Positions 49,452 to 58,056 of a stretch of 64,000 nucleotides of DNA are shown piece by piece. The notes under the pieces were generated by a model, which was not told the DNA's origin, did no database searches, and saw only the letters and a program-made list of their open reading frames with translations. Position 1 is the first letter of the stretch. Every line of letters begins with the position of its first letter. This DNA comes from an uncultured Anaerolineales bacterium (GTDB taxonomy: Bacteria; Chloroflexota; Anaerolineae; Anaerolineales; UBA11858), in the NCBI GenBank assembly GCA_964448865.1, contig CAYUXO010000002.1, positions 11,602-75,601 of the forward strand. Direction: 5' to 3'. Position numbers and translations under genes: made by a program.

Positions 49452-49487
49452 GAATAAAACCGCTCGAATGAGTAGGTATCGAGCGGT
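49452..49487 (-). terminator. Intrinsic terminator inside the 5' leader of the CBS gene (attenuator)
   Basis: Minus strand ACCGCUCGA-11 nt-UCGAGCGGU followed by UUUAUU, 41 nt upstream of the CBS start codon. No upstream minus-strand gene exists for it to terminate. Confidence 0.6.
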
Positions 49488-49707
49488 CTATTATGGGCGT
49501 AGACCTAGTAAAGATGACCTAAGTTGTTACACCAGACAAGACTCGAATACCCATACTGCCTCTGCTGTGGGCAAACACAGAGAGGTAGAGCTGGTACAGG
49601 TACAGGTCTGCTGTCTGTTCATGAGGACCTTGAGTATTTCAACTAAATAGGAGCTTTCTTTTAAGAAGACTTGACTATCAGAGTAACACAAGATAGAAGA
49701 TTCGGGG

Positions 49708-49725
49708 ATAGGCATTATTGCTTAT
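49708..49725. promoter_or_regulatory. Island palindrome site 7: ATAGGCAT-TA-TTGCTTAT
   Basis: Lies at the distal end of the ~300-nt CBS leader and 430 nt upstream of the Gly/Met-rich protein gene. Confidence 0.45.
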
Positions 49726-50038
49726 TATGACTTAGATAAGTGGGGGTCTTACACTGCGAGGTATCTGTAGGGTTTTTCTGGTTCGCTCAGTTCTTGTTTA
49801 TTTTGTTCACTATTTGGTCTATTCATAATCTGTATTACATAAAAAATCGCAGTTGGTGTATATTTTCCAAAATGCCTTTCTGCAATACTGACGCAAAACA
49901 AAAAGTATCTAGATTTCACTGAATTGTAAATCCCCGACAAATTTCTAGCTTTTTCCCGATTGATCACCAATCTCAAAATGGGCGTTCCTCCCCAGTGGGA
50001 TTATGACTCCATTGTCGTTGAAGAAACGGGAAAATTTT

Positions 50039-50065
50039 CTTTACAAAATCTTTAATCTGGCTTTA
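50039..50065 (+). promoter_or_regulatory. Three CTTTA direct repeats at 11-bp phasing (OmpR/PhoB-type response-regulator box)
   Basis: CTTTA at 50039, 50050 and 50061. The 22-mer TTTCTTTACAAAATCTTTAATC is 21/22 identical to 56550..56571. Confidence 0.55.
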
Positions 50066-50154
50066 AACGGCCTTCAAATACTATCGATATACTGGAACAA
50101 GAAAACAACCACAAATTTGTGGCAAATCAGATAGTTTTTTGGAGGGTATAGATT

Positions 50155-50991
50155 ATGAATAAAGTAGTACGTGTTTCACTTATTGTTATCATCATCCTGG
50201 TTGGCTCTGTTGCCCTGGTCTGGACAGGATACCAGTTTGGCCGCGGGACGGCCTGGTCTGGGGGCGGATCTTTTTACTCGAATATGATGGGTGATATCAA
50301 TCAGGATTCGAGATTCGGTTTTGGCATGGGCCGTGGGATGATGGGGGGATCAGCCGGTTACGGCATGATGAATGGTTTTGATGGGGGTAATTTCATGATG
50401 GGAGGCTTCGACGGGCTTAGCAGTGGAGAATCCCTATCGGTGGAGGATACCCGCGAAGCTGTTGAATCTTACCTTGACCGGTTCAATAATGAAGACCTGG
50501 TGATCGAAGAGATCATGATCTTCGACAACAACGCCTATGCGATCATTGTCGAGGAAAGCACCGGTATCGGCGCTTTTGAGCTGCTGGTGGATCCCCGGAC
50601 CAGAACCGCATTTCCTGAATTCGGACCCAATATGATGTGGAATCTTAAATACGGCATGATGGGGTCCGGTATGATGGGATCTGGCATGATGAGCGGTACA
50701 GGTGGTTTTAGTATGATGGATGGTATGTTTAATGAAAACTATTCATCTGATAATATCAAAGCTGAGTTTCGGGTTACACCTGGAGAGGCGTTTGATCTCG
50801 CCCGGGATTTTCTGAACCGGGTTGATCCTGGTGTGGAAGTGTCGGATGAAATCACCATGTTTTATGGCTACTACACCATAGACACGCAACGTGACGGGGA
50901 AATTGTCGGCATGGTTAGCGTCAACGGTTTCACGGGCCAGGTTTTCCCTCACACCTGGCATGGGGATTTCATTGAGATGGTTGAAGGATAA
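50155..50991 (+). CDS. Membrane-anchored Gly/Met-rich protein with two PepSY-like modules
   Basis: GMGRGMMGGSAGYGMMNGFDGGNFMMGGF and KYGMMGSGMMGSGMMSGTGGFSMMDGMF tracts. Each is followed by a ~70-aa globular segment. Confidence 0.6.
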   Translation: MNKVVRVSLIVIIILVGSVALVWTGYQFGRGTAWSGGGSFYSNMMGDINQDSRFGFGMGRGMMGGSAGYGMMNGFDGGNFMMGGFDGLSSGESLSVEDTREAVESYLDRFNNEDLVIEEIMIFDNNAYAIIVEESTGIGAFELLVDPRTRTAFPEFGPNMMWNLKYGMMGSGMMGSGMMSGTGGFSMMDGMFNENYSSDNIKAEFRVTPGEAFDLARDFLNRVDPGVEVSDEITMFYGYYTIDTQRDGEIVGMVSVNGFTGQVFPHTWHGDFIEMVEG

Positions 50992-51017
50992 TTAGAATTT
51001 GAACTAAAAAGAAATTT

Positions 51018-51066
51018 GCAGACAGATAAACAAAACTTGGAAATGTTTATCTGTCTGCCTTTTATT
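51018..51066 (+). terminator. Intrinsic terminator
   Basis: Perfect 15-bp stem gcagacagataaaca / tgtttatctgtctgc followed by cttttatt. Confidence 0.8.
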
Positions 51067-51167
51067 AATAAGTACCCTTAATTCCGAAAAGGTTTCTCTG
51101 GAAGGGGCATTTTATACCAAGACACAGCTCGAAATAATCTGGATCTGAATTCAGGCCCTCGATCGGT

Positions 51168-51185
51168 ATAGGCTATTTTGCCTAC
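51168..51185. promoter_or_regulatory. Island palindrome site 8: ATAGGCTA-TT-TTGCCTAC
   Basis: One mismatch. Lies 197 nt upstream of the DUF302-rhodanese pair. Confidence 0.4.
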
Positions 51186-51381
51186 GATACGATCCGCTTA
51201 ATGACGCTTTGCGTCTGCCCTTGAATAGATACAATGAATTGGAGTTACATGAAGGGATCGATTTCCCCGGATGCAAACAAGCAGGTAAACCCTCAGGAAT
51301 GGAAAATTAATATAAAAGACGGAAATTTCCACTGGGCTTATCAGGAAATTATGGATTCAATATAAAACAGAAGGAGAAAAC

Positions 51382-51780
51382 ATGTTAGATAGGTTAGCTT
51401 ATCAAGTGGCACTTACAGAACCCTTTGATCAGGCGGTGGAGAAGGTGATTTCAGCGCTCAAAGAGGAAGGGTTTGGCGTTCTGACACAGATTGATGTTAA
51501 AGCAACCCTCAAGGAAAAACTGGGAGCTGAGTTTCGGCGCTATACGATCCTTGGTGCTTGCAATCCGCCCTTAGCTTACCAAGTCCTCCAAAACGAACCG
51601 CTTGCGGGTTTGCTGTTGCCCTGTAATGTCACCGTAGAAGAGACAGATGCGGGGTCTTTGGTATGCCTTGTTAATCCGGAAGTTATGCTTGCTGTTGAGC
51701 CGTTGGTGACAAATGAAAAAGTCATAGAAATTGCGGGGAAAGCCCGTAACCTCATGGAAAAAGTTGCGGCAAGGCTGTAA
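51382..51780 (+). CDS. DUF302-family protein
   Basis: FDQAVEKVISALKEEGFGVLTQIDVKATL...ILGACNP...LLLPCNVTVEE is the canonical DUF302 pattern. Confidence 0.75.
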   Translation: MLDRLAYQVALTEPFDQAVEKVISALKEEGFGVLTQIDVKATLKEKLGAEFRRYTILGACNPPLAYQVLQNEPLAGLLLPCNVTVEETDAGSLVCLVNPEVMLAVEPLVTNEKVIEIAGKARNLMEKVAARL

Positions 51781-51862
51781 AAGGGTCTCTACCCATACAG
51801 TTATTTAACATCGGGCATTTTTCAAATGTATTTTCGGCTTATTTTCTGAAGGAGAAAAATTC

Positions 51863-52306
51863 ATGAAACGTATTCTGTTTTTTAGCGCCATAATAAGCGC
51901 GACACTGCTGGCCGCGTGCAGTGGGCCCGCCTTATCTATCCAATCCTCTGATGTTGTTGGAGAGGAAGTATTTGTAAACGATAGTAGTGTTTATACCGAT
52001 ATAACCGTGGATGAGCTTTCAACCATGATGGAAGACAAAGATTTCATCCTGGTAAACGTGCACGTCCCTTTTTCGGGGGACATCATTAACACAGATCTTT
52101 CAGTTCCTTATAATGAAATTGAAGCCAATCTTGCCCAGCTTCCTTCCGACAAGGATGCAAAGATAATCCTTTACTGCCGGAGCGGCAGCATGAGCAGCGG
52201 TGCTGCCCAGACCCTGACAGAGCTGGGGTACACTAATGTGTGGAACTTGCAAGGCGGATTTAATACCTGGAAGGACGCCGGTTATCTGATGGAAAGCTCA
52301 AACTGA
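51863..52306 (+). CDS. Rhodanese-domain lipoprotein
   Basis: Lipobox LLAAC and active-site loop LYCRSGSMS. Confidence 0.75.
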   Translation: MKRILFFSAIISATLLAACSGPALSIQSSDVVGEEVFVNDSSVYTDITVDELSTMMEDKDFILVNVHVPFSGDIINTDLSVPYNEIEANLAQLPSDKDAKIILYCRSGSMSSGAAQTLTELGYTNVWNLQGGFNTWKDAGYLMESSN

Positions 52307-52453
52307 TAAAGCAGGGCGGATTGGCACACTGTTATATTAATGTAAATCGACCAGAAACGTCCCCAATTGGATATGCTAAGGTGCTTGATAAGTAAATCCG
52401 GAGATACTCATACCGCTTGATGAGCTTGTCGAGATTTTTAAAGAGATCATTCT

Positions 52454-53539
52454 ATGCGAGAAAGAAAAATTAAAAAGGCCACTTTTATTTATGGGACAAT
52501 AGTTTTATTATTGATTTCCGGAGGTTACATAGCCCTGCGATTTCCTCTAAACTCTGCAATAGGAGGACTTCTGCCTGAACAGGCAGAAGGCACTCCCGGG
52601 CAAGGAGAAACTGAGATCTTGGCTTTACCCTCTTTCTCAATACTTGCATCACAAAGAAGTGCCGGAGGAATTACCAGGCGTACTGTGATTAACACAATAA
52701 TCCCCGAAAGGCCGCAGGTGGATGTTTCTGTGTATGAGGTCAACCTTGGAGACAATCTGTTTATGATCGCTGATATGTTCAATCTCAAACCTGAGACAGT
52801 ATTGTGGGGTAATTATGAGATTATTCAGGATAACCCTCAATTTCTTCGGCCTGGACAGGAGCTGAATATCCTGCCCATCGATGGAGTATATTATCAGTGG
52901 AGCGAGAATGATAATTTGAACAGCATCGCCGAATATTTCGGTGTTGAACCGGAAGCGATCCTCAATTACCCTGGTAATCGGATTGATCTCTATGATGTGG
53001 ACATCAGCGGTCCTCTCTTTGAAATGGGTGAATGGATTATTGTTCCTGGCGGGAAACGGGCTCTGAAAGATTGGGGACCGCCAGCGATCGTCAGAACAAA
53101 CCCGGCAGTTGCCGCCTATTATGGAGCTGGATCGTGCGGCTCTGTATATGAAGGGGCGATTGGTACAGGCTCCTTTGTATGGCCCACTGTTGCGGCCTAC
53201 ATCTCCGGCTACGATTACAATCCAAATGTCCATCCCGGATTAGATATCGCTGGGGCTGAAGGAAATGCAGTATTTGCTTCTGACAGCGGGGTGGTGGTTT
53301 ACGCAGGATGGAGTGAGTATGGTTATGGGAATATGATCGTAATTGACCACGGAAATGGCTGGCAATCGGCTTACGCCCACATGAGCAACGTGTCAGTATC
53401 CTGCGGTCAAAGCACTATCATCGGCACCTATATCGGGGGTGTAGGCAATACGGGAAATTCAAGCGGTGCTCACCTTCACTTTGAACTTAGGCATGCCCAG
53501 TATGGAAAGGTCAACCCCTGGGGTTATGTCTCTCCCTGA
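52454..53539 (+). CDS. LysM-domain M23 family metallopeptidase
   Basis: Two LysM-like segments, then HPGLDIAG...GNTGNSSGAHLHFELR. Confidence 0.8.
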   Translation: MRERKIKKATFIYGTIVLLLISGGYIALRFPLNSAIGGLLPEQAEGTPGQGETEILALPSFSILASQRSAGGITRRTVINTIIPERPQVDVSVYEVNLGDNLFMIADMFNLKPETVLWGNYEIIQDNPQFLRPGQELNILPIDGVYYQWSENDNLNSIAEYFGVEPEAILNYPGNRIDLYDVDISGPLFEMGEWIIVPGGKRALKDWGPPAIVRTNPAVAAYYGAGSCGSVYEGAIGTGSFVWPTVAAYISGYDYNPNVHPGLDIAGAEGNAVFASDSGVVVYAGWSEYGYGNMIVIDHGNGWQSAYAHMSNVSVSCGQSTIIGTYIGGVGNTGNSSGAHLHFELRHAQYGKVNPWGYVSP

Positions 53540-53921
53540 TTTCATCACCTGGGTTTTGATCATTCTGCTCCGATAAACGGTTGACACCCCCTCCAGCAGA
53601 CTTTTTTATTCTATTAAATTGCGAATAAATGGCAGCGGCAAGCTGCCGCCCAAGTTCAGAAGTTACAGGATCAGGAAAACTCATCGCCAGGATTATCCCA
53701 GGTTTTCCGGGGTACAGAAAGGATGCCATGTTATAGGCATGGTCTGTTAAGTATATTGAATGAGTTGGGTTGGTCCGATAGAATCCAATTCACTTCCAGA
53801 ACAACTTTCCTAAAACAAAGAAGCCAGGCATCTTGGAGAGCTGAAAATATTTATCCGACTTTCCAAGATATCATACGGATGAATTCCTGTCAGCCTGTTA
53901 TTATAAATAATGGGAGGAGCT

Positions 53922-54494
53922 ATGCAATCCGAAATTAGATTCCTGATGGAGTTGGAAAAACTTAAGTCCGTTTATCGCAAATCTTTCCTTATTGATCTGA
54001 CCAGACAAGAGAACTCGGCTGAGCATTCCTGGCATCTAGCACTGGCTCTATTAATCATGGCTGAAAGAATTCAGGCAGAATTTGACCTGAATAAGGCCCT
54101 CAGGATGGCGCTTGTTCATGACATATGCGAAATTGGAGCCGGTGATATTTCAGTTTATTCCAGCGCCAGAAACTCTAAACAACAACAGGAGAGAGAATAT
54201 ATTGATAGTCTGGTAACTGATGAAGTACCTTTTAGCAAAGATATTAAACAGCTGTGGGAGGAATACGAGGCCCAGCAAACAGTTGAAAGCCGCTGTGTAA
54301 AAGTGCTTGACAGGTTTTTGCCCTTCATTATTAATATTCACACCGAAGGAAAAACGTGGCTGGATCAAAATATTTCAAAAAGTCAGGTTATTGAGATAAA
54401 TCAGATTATTAAAACTGAAGCGCCAGAAATATTTGATTGGATGACCACGTATATTGAAGATGCGGTTGAGAAGGGGTGGTTGCGTAACTCGTGA
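53922..54494 (+). CDS. HD-domain phosphohydrolase (YfbR-like 5'-nucleotidase type)
   Basis: RQENSAEHSWHLALA...LVHDICEIGAGD. Confidence 0.7.
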   Translation: MQSEIRFLMELEKLKSVYRKSFLIDLTRQENSAEHSWHLALALLIMAERIQAEFDLNKALRMALVHDICEIGAGDISVYSSARNSKQQQEREYIDSLVTDEVPFSKDIKQLWEEYEAQQTVESRCVKVLDRFLPFIINIHTEGKTWLDQNISKSQVIEINQIIKTEAPEIFDWMTTYIEDAVEKGWLRNS

Positions 54495-54701
54495 TGGAGG
54501 GTGAGCCTGGTGCCCCCTGCTGCTGGAATCGTGCCCATTCAAAATAATTTACAATCACCAGGGCAGTATTGCTGTTCATGGATTTAACCAGCACTCAGGG
54601 ATTTGTTGTTGACCTTATAAAACGAATCTGTAATTCGTGTTTACCTGAATGTTGGCAGGGTTTAAGAGTGATAAATATAAGGATGAAACTGGAGAATTGT
54701 T

Positions 54702-55388
54702 ATGCCTGAAGGAAAAATACTCATCATCGATGATGAGCAGAGTATCCTCGATCTGGTGACAGCCTATTTGGATCGGGAAGATCTTGAATACAAAACCGCA
54801 GTTGACGGCGAAGCAGGCCTGGAAATGGCGAGAACCTATCGTCCGGATGTGATTGTATTGGATATTATGCTGCCTAACATGGATGGAATTGAGCTGTTGA
54901 CAAGGTTGCGGCGGGAGTCTGATGTTTATGTAATTATGTTGACTGCCAAAGGGGAAGAAATTGACAAAGTCATTGGGTTATCTGTTGGAGCTGATGATTA
55001 CCTTGTCAAACCATTCAGCCCCAGGGAATTGATCGCCAGGATCAAAGCCGCCTTGCGGCGCCTGCACCAGCAAGCAGGGCCGAGTCAGGATCACGAAAAG
55101 GTTTTCCAGGGTTTGCGAATTGACACCAGGGGCCGGCAGGTATGGAAAGATGAAAACCTGATTGACCTGACCACAACAGAGTTCGACATTCTCAAGGTGC
55201 TAGCCGATCATCAGGGGATGGTTCTCAGCCGGGAACAGCTGCTGGATAAAGTTTGGGGGCATGACTATTTTGGCGAATTTAGAGTTGTGGATGTTCATGT
55301 CGGCCACGTTCGCATGAAGATTGGAGAGGGATACATCGCTACAGTGCGAGGTGTTGGGTATCGATTTGATGGCAAGGGAGGTGGATGA
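54702..55388 (+). CDS. OmpR/PhoB-family response regulator
   Basis: Receiver domain (ILIIDDE...DVIVLDIMLP...KP) plus a winged-helix C-terminus (TVRGVGYRF). Confidence 0.9.
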   Translation: MPEGKILIIDDEQSILDLVTAYLDREDLEYKTAVDGEAGLEMARTYRPDVIVLDIMLPNMDGIELLTRLRRESDVYVIMLTAKGEEIDKVIGLSVGADDYLVKPFSPRELIARIKAALRRLHQQAGPSQDHEKVFQGLRIDTRGRQVWKDENLIDLTTTEFDILKVLADHQGMVLSREQLLDKVWGHDYFGEFRVVDVHVGHVRMKIGEGYIATVRGVGYRFDGKGGG

Positions 55389-56539
55389 TGTTGAACATTA
55401 TACGAAGCCATATTGGTTGGAAAATATTTTTCTCTTATCTAATCGTTATCTTGGCCGGGATATTAACCTTAGGAACCTCGATTGAGTTTGCTATACCGAC
55501 GGCTTTTGACCAGCATATGATGAATATAGACAACATGATGGGAGGTCAAATAATGGGGGAAATGATGTCCGACCAGGATTTGAATCCGGAAACAGATTTA
55601 TTTTTGAGCTTTCGAAATGCAGTTAATCAAGCGTTATCTCGTGCCGCCGCCGCGGCCTTTTTAGTTGCATTGATCGTCAGCCTGTTGATCAGTTACCGAG
55701 TGGTCAGTCCTGTGAAGGAAATGATGCTTGCCAGCCAATACATCGCCGAAGGCCATTATCAAGAACGGGTTCATGTTCCGGGGGATCCTTCAACGGCAGA
55801 TGAGCTGTCTCAATTAGCGATCAGCTTTAACCGCATGGCAGAAATACTGGATCATAATGAAGTTGTTCGCCAGCGGCTTATTGGTGATATATCACATGAA
55901 CTGCGCACACCGCTGACGGTGATCAAAGGTTCCCTGGAAGGATTGATTGACGATGTTCTTCCTGCTGGCCCCGAGACCTATCAAAAGATTTACGGAGAGA
56001 CAGAACGCTTAACGAGACTGGTTGATGATTTGCAGCAGCTCAGCCGGGTTGAAGCTGGTATCTACCAGTTAGATAAGACACGGGCAGAAGTGCAGGATTT
56101 GATTGAAACTGTGGTTGGCAGACTGCGCCTCCAGTACGATGAGAAAGGAGTGAGTTTAGAAGTCGACTGCCCTCCAGGTCTGCCAGAGATCTATATTGAT
56201 ACACACCGGATTGGACAGGTACTGCTTAATATTGTGGGCAATGCCTTGCAATATACTTCAGCGGGGGGAAAAGTGAAGATTACAGCCGTCCAGGAAGGGA
56301 AGGAAATCCACATAGCGGTAAAGGATACAGGAATGGGCATCCCCCTTGAACACCATTCGCGCTTGTTTACACGGTTTTATCGTGTGGATAAATCGCGTTC
56401 TCGATCCAGCGGTGGGAGCGGTATCGGGTTGACCATTGCCAAGCATTTTGTAGAAGCCCACAACGGACGAATTTGGATGGAAAGCGAAGGCAGGGGAAAG
56501 GGAAGTACCTTTCTTTTTAGTCTTCCTGTAAGGGGATAA
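55385..56539 (+). CDS. Sensor histidine kinase (2 TM, HAMP, HisKA, HATPase) with a Met-rich external loop
   Basis: ISHELRTPLT H-box, N/G boxes and the external loop HMMNIDNMMGGQIMGEMMSD. ATGA overlap with the regulator gene. Confidence 0.85.
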   Translation: MMLNIIRSHIGWKIFFSYLIVILAGILTLGTSIEFAIPTAFDQHMMNIDNMMGGQIMGEMMSDQDLNPETDLFLSFRNAVNQALSRAAAAAFLVALIVSLLISYRVVSPVKEMMLASQYIAEGHYQERVHVPGDPSTADELSQLAISFNRMAEILDHNEVVRQRLIGDISHELRTPLTVIKGSLEGLIDDVLPAGPETYQKIYGETERLTRLVDDLQQLSRVEAGIYQLDKTRAEVQDLIETVVGRLRLQYDEKGVSLEVDCPPGLPEIYIDTHRIGQVLLNIVGNALQYTSAGGKVKITAVQEGKEIHIAVKDTGMGIPLEHHSRLFTRFYRVDKSRSRSSGGSGIGLTIAKHFVEAHNGRIWMESEGRGKGSTFLFSLPVRG

Positions 56540-56552
56540 TTTCCAGGGTTTT

Positions 56553-56579
56553 CTTTACATAATCTTTAATCATTCTTTA
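56553..56579 (+). promoter_or_regulatory. Three CTTTA direct repeats at 11-bp phasing (second copy)
   Basis: CTTTA at 56553, 56564 and 56575. Lies 82 nt upstream of the first SHOCT gene, directly downstream of the OmpR-type two-component genes. Confidence 0.55.
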
Positions 56580-56660
56580 TAGGGACTTCATCTTCATTTA
56601 GTATCCTTCTAGTAGAAGTGCAAGAAGCTAAAATAGATAAGATTAAAGGAGATTAAGATC

Positions 56661-56942
56661 ATGGGACATGGAATTTGGGGAGGATGTTGTTCAGGTATTT
56701 TTGGTGGAGTAGGTTTATTGGGACCAATTTGGAACCTGGTAATTACCACGGTAATAATAATTGGGTTTGTTGTGTTGGTTATCTGGGCAGTGCGGCGTTT
56801 GTCATCCAGCCAGAAAACCTTGTTTAGTCAAACCAGCCAACAAGACACTTTACAATCACCGCTGGATATACTTAAGGCTCGTTATGCGCGGGGAGAGATC
56901 ACCCGGGATGAATACCAGGATATGATGACGGATCTAAAATAA
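56661..56942 (+). CDS. SHOCT-domain membrane protein
   Basis: TM helix plus C-terminal ARYARGEITRDEYQDMMTDL (SHOCT). AAGGAG RBS. Confidence 0.7.
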   Translation: MGHGIWGGCCSGIFGGVGLLGPIWNLVITTVIIIGFVVLVIWAVRRLSSSQKTLFSQTSQQDTLQSPLDILKARYARGEITRDEYQDMMTDLK

Positions 56943-56974
56943 AAAAATAATCAGAAAGACAAGGAGATTTTTCG

Positions 56975-57196
56975 ATGATGGGATTTGGTTTGATTGGGAT
57001 AGTATTATTGGTGGTCGTTGTGGTTTTTATCGGAGGGCAGGGATCCGCAATACGGGGATTAATGGGACTCCAGCAATCAGGCCAGCAGCCAGCTTGGATT
57101 GAGAGCGAGAATGCATTGGATATCTTGGATCAACGATATTCACGCGGGGAGATCACCCGTGAGCAGTATCAGAGCATAAAACAGGATCTGGTATAA
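56975..57196 (+). CDS. SHOCT-domain membrane protein (tandem paralog)
   Basis: TM helix plus QRYSRGEITREQYQSIKQDL. AAGGAG RBS. Confidence 0.7.
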   Translation: MMGFGLIGIVLLVVVVVFIGGQGSAIRGLMGLQQSGQQPAWIESENALDILDQRYSRGEITREQYQSIKQDLV

Positions 57197-57259
57197 AAGT
57201 ATTTCTTGAATATAACGGCTTTCATGATTTTGAAAGTTAGTTATTTATTACTGGTGGAA

Positions 57260-57299
57260 GAGGAGGGACTGTCCAATGTTTCTGGGACAGTCCCTCCTC
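57260..57299. terminator. Perfect 15-bp hairpin between convergent genes
   Basis: gaggagggactgtcc / ggacagtccctcctc. The flanking U-runs are weak. Confidence 0.5.
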
Positions 57300-57342
57300 A
57301 TTTGTGCCTGCAGTTGTGAAGCTGTTCGTTGCCGGATTTTAC

Positions 57343-57855
57343 TCAGGGTGCATCCTGGTCGCTTTCCAGTAGAAGAAATGTTGCGAGCAGAGAGAAAATT
57401 ATCACACAGGCCCAGAAAAAGGCGTAGAGACCACGTGCCCAACGCGGGCGCGGAGCGGTTAGTGCGCGGCGGTCGGAAGCAACAACGTAACTTTCTGAAG
57501 CGACTTCCCAGATTGTCTGGTGGCTCAACAGAATCAACCCAAAGCGCCGCCATCCCGTTATGCGCGGCTTGCCCCGCCGCGGCCAGAGCAGGAGCAGTAA
57601 GTGGGTCAGTGGGACCGGCAGGGTTTGCAAGTGGCCGAACTCGTGAAGAGCGGTCAACTCCAGGCGAGTGTCAATCGGCAGACCCTGCCTGGTGAACCAG
57701 TTGACAACTCCCGGGTGAGGCAGGGTTATTTTGGGCAGTTTTACCTGGTGGAGGTTGGATTCACTAACGGTGACCTCGGCTTCCAGGCCGTACCAGGTGC
57801 GGTTGTGGGTCCGGAGTTTTTTATTTGAGTATTTGAACTTTGACTGATCTTCCAT
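57343..57855 (-). CDS. Hypothetical membrane protein with HExxH motif
   Basis: LTALHEFGHLQTLP followed by hydrophobic helices. The antisense 139-aa ORF is Arg-rich and looks like a shadow ORF. Confidence 0.45.
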   Translation of the reverse strand: MEDQSKFKYSNKKLRTHNRTWYGLEAEVTVSESNLHQVKLPKITLPHPGVVNWFTRQGLPIDTRLELTALHEFGHLQTLPVPLTHLLLLLWPRRGKPRITGWRRFGLILLSHQTIWEVASESYVVASDRRALTAPRPRWARGLYAFFWACVIIFSLLATFLLLESDQDAP

Positions 57856-57910
57856 GGCCTGATTATATCTTTTTATTCAGCGTGTTGTTCGCTGCTGCCT
57901 TCAATTCGGC

Positions 57911-57928
57911 ATAGGCAATAATGCCTGT
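57911..57928. promoter_or_regulatory. Island palindrome site 9: ATAGGCAA-TA-ATGCCTGT
   Basis: One mismatch. Lies 56 nt upstream of the HExxH gene (minus) and 129 nt upstream of P3 (plus). Confidence 0.45.
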
Positions 57929-57935
57929 AAGGGAA

Positions 57936-57973
57936 ACCGCCAAACTGCTCTTATAGGATTGGCGGTGTTTTTT
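57936..57973 (+). terminator. Terminator-like hairpin in the P3 leader
   Basis: accgccaa-15 nt-ttggcggt followed by gtttttt. Lies between palindrome site 9 and the P3 start codon. Confidence 0.45.
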
Positions 57974-58056
57974 GAAGTTAGTGATGTTGCACTTGTAACT
58001 TGAATCCAAGTACTTAGACACCAGTAGAAATCCAATTTATGTAAGAGTGAAATTTG

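Noticed and set aside
49412-49740. The CBS leader as a SAM-I riboswitch, T-box or SAH riboswitch.
   Set aside because: I could not find the conserved cores (GAGGGA/GGCCC/GCAACC; AGGGUGGUACCGCG; SAH pseudoknot motifs) by eye. It is kept only as an unclassified attenuator.
57276-57695. 139-aa plus-strand ORF opposite the HExxH membrane protein.
   Set aside because: It has an Arg/Ala/Gly-rich, low-complexity sequence with no RBS. The minus-strand ORF has coherent TM helices, and the region ends in a hairpin shared with the convergent SHOCT gene. Confidence in the minus-strand call is only moderate.
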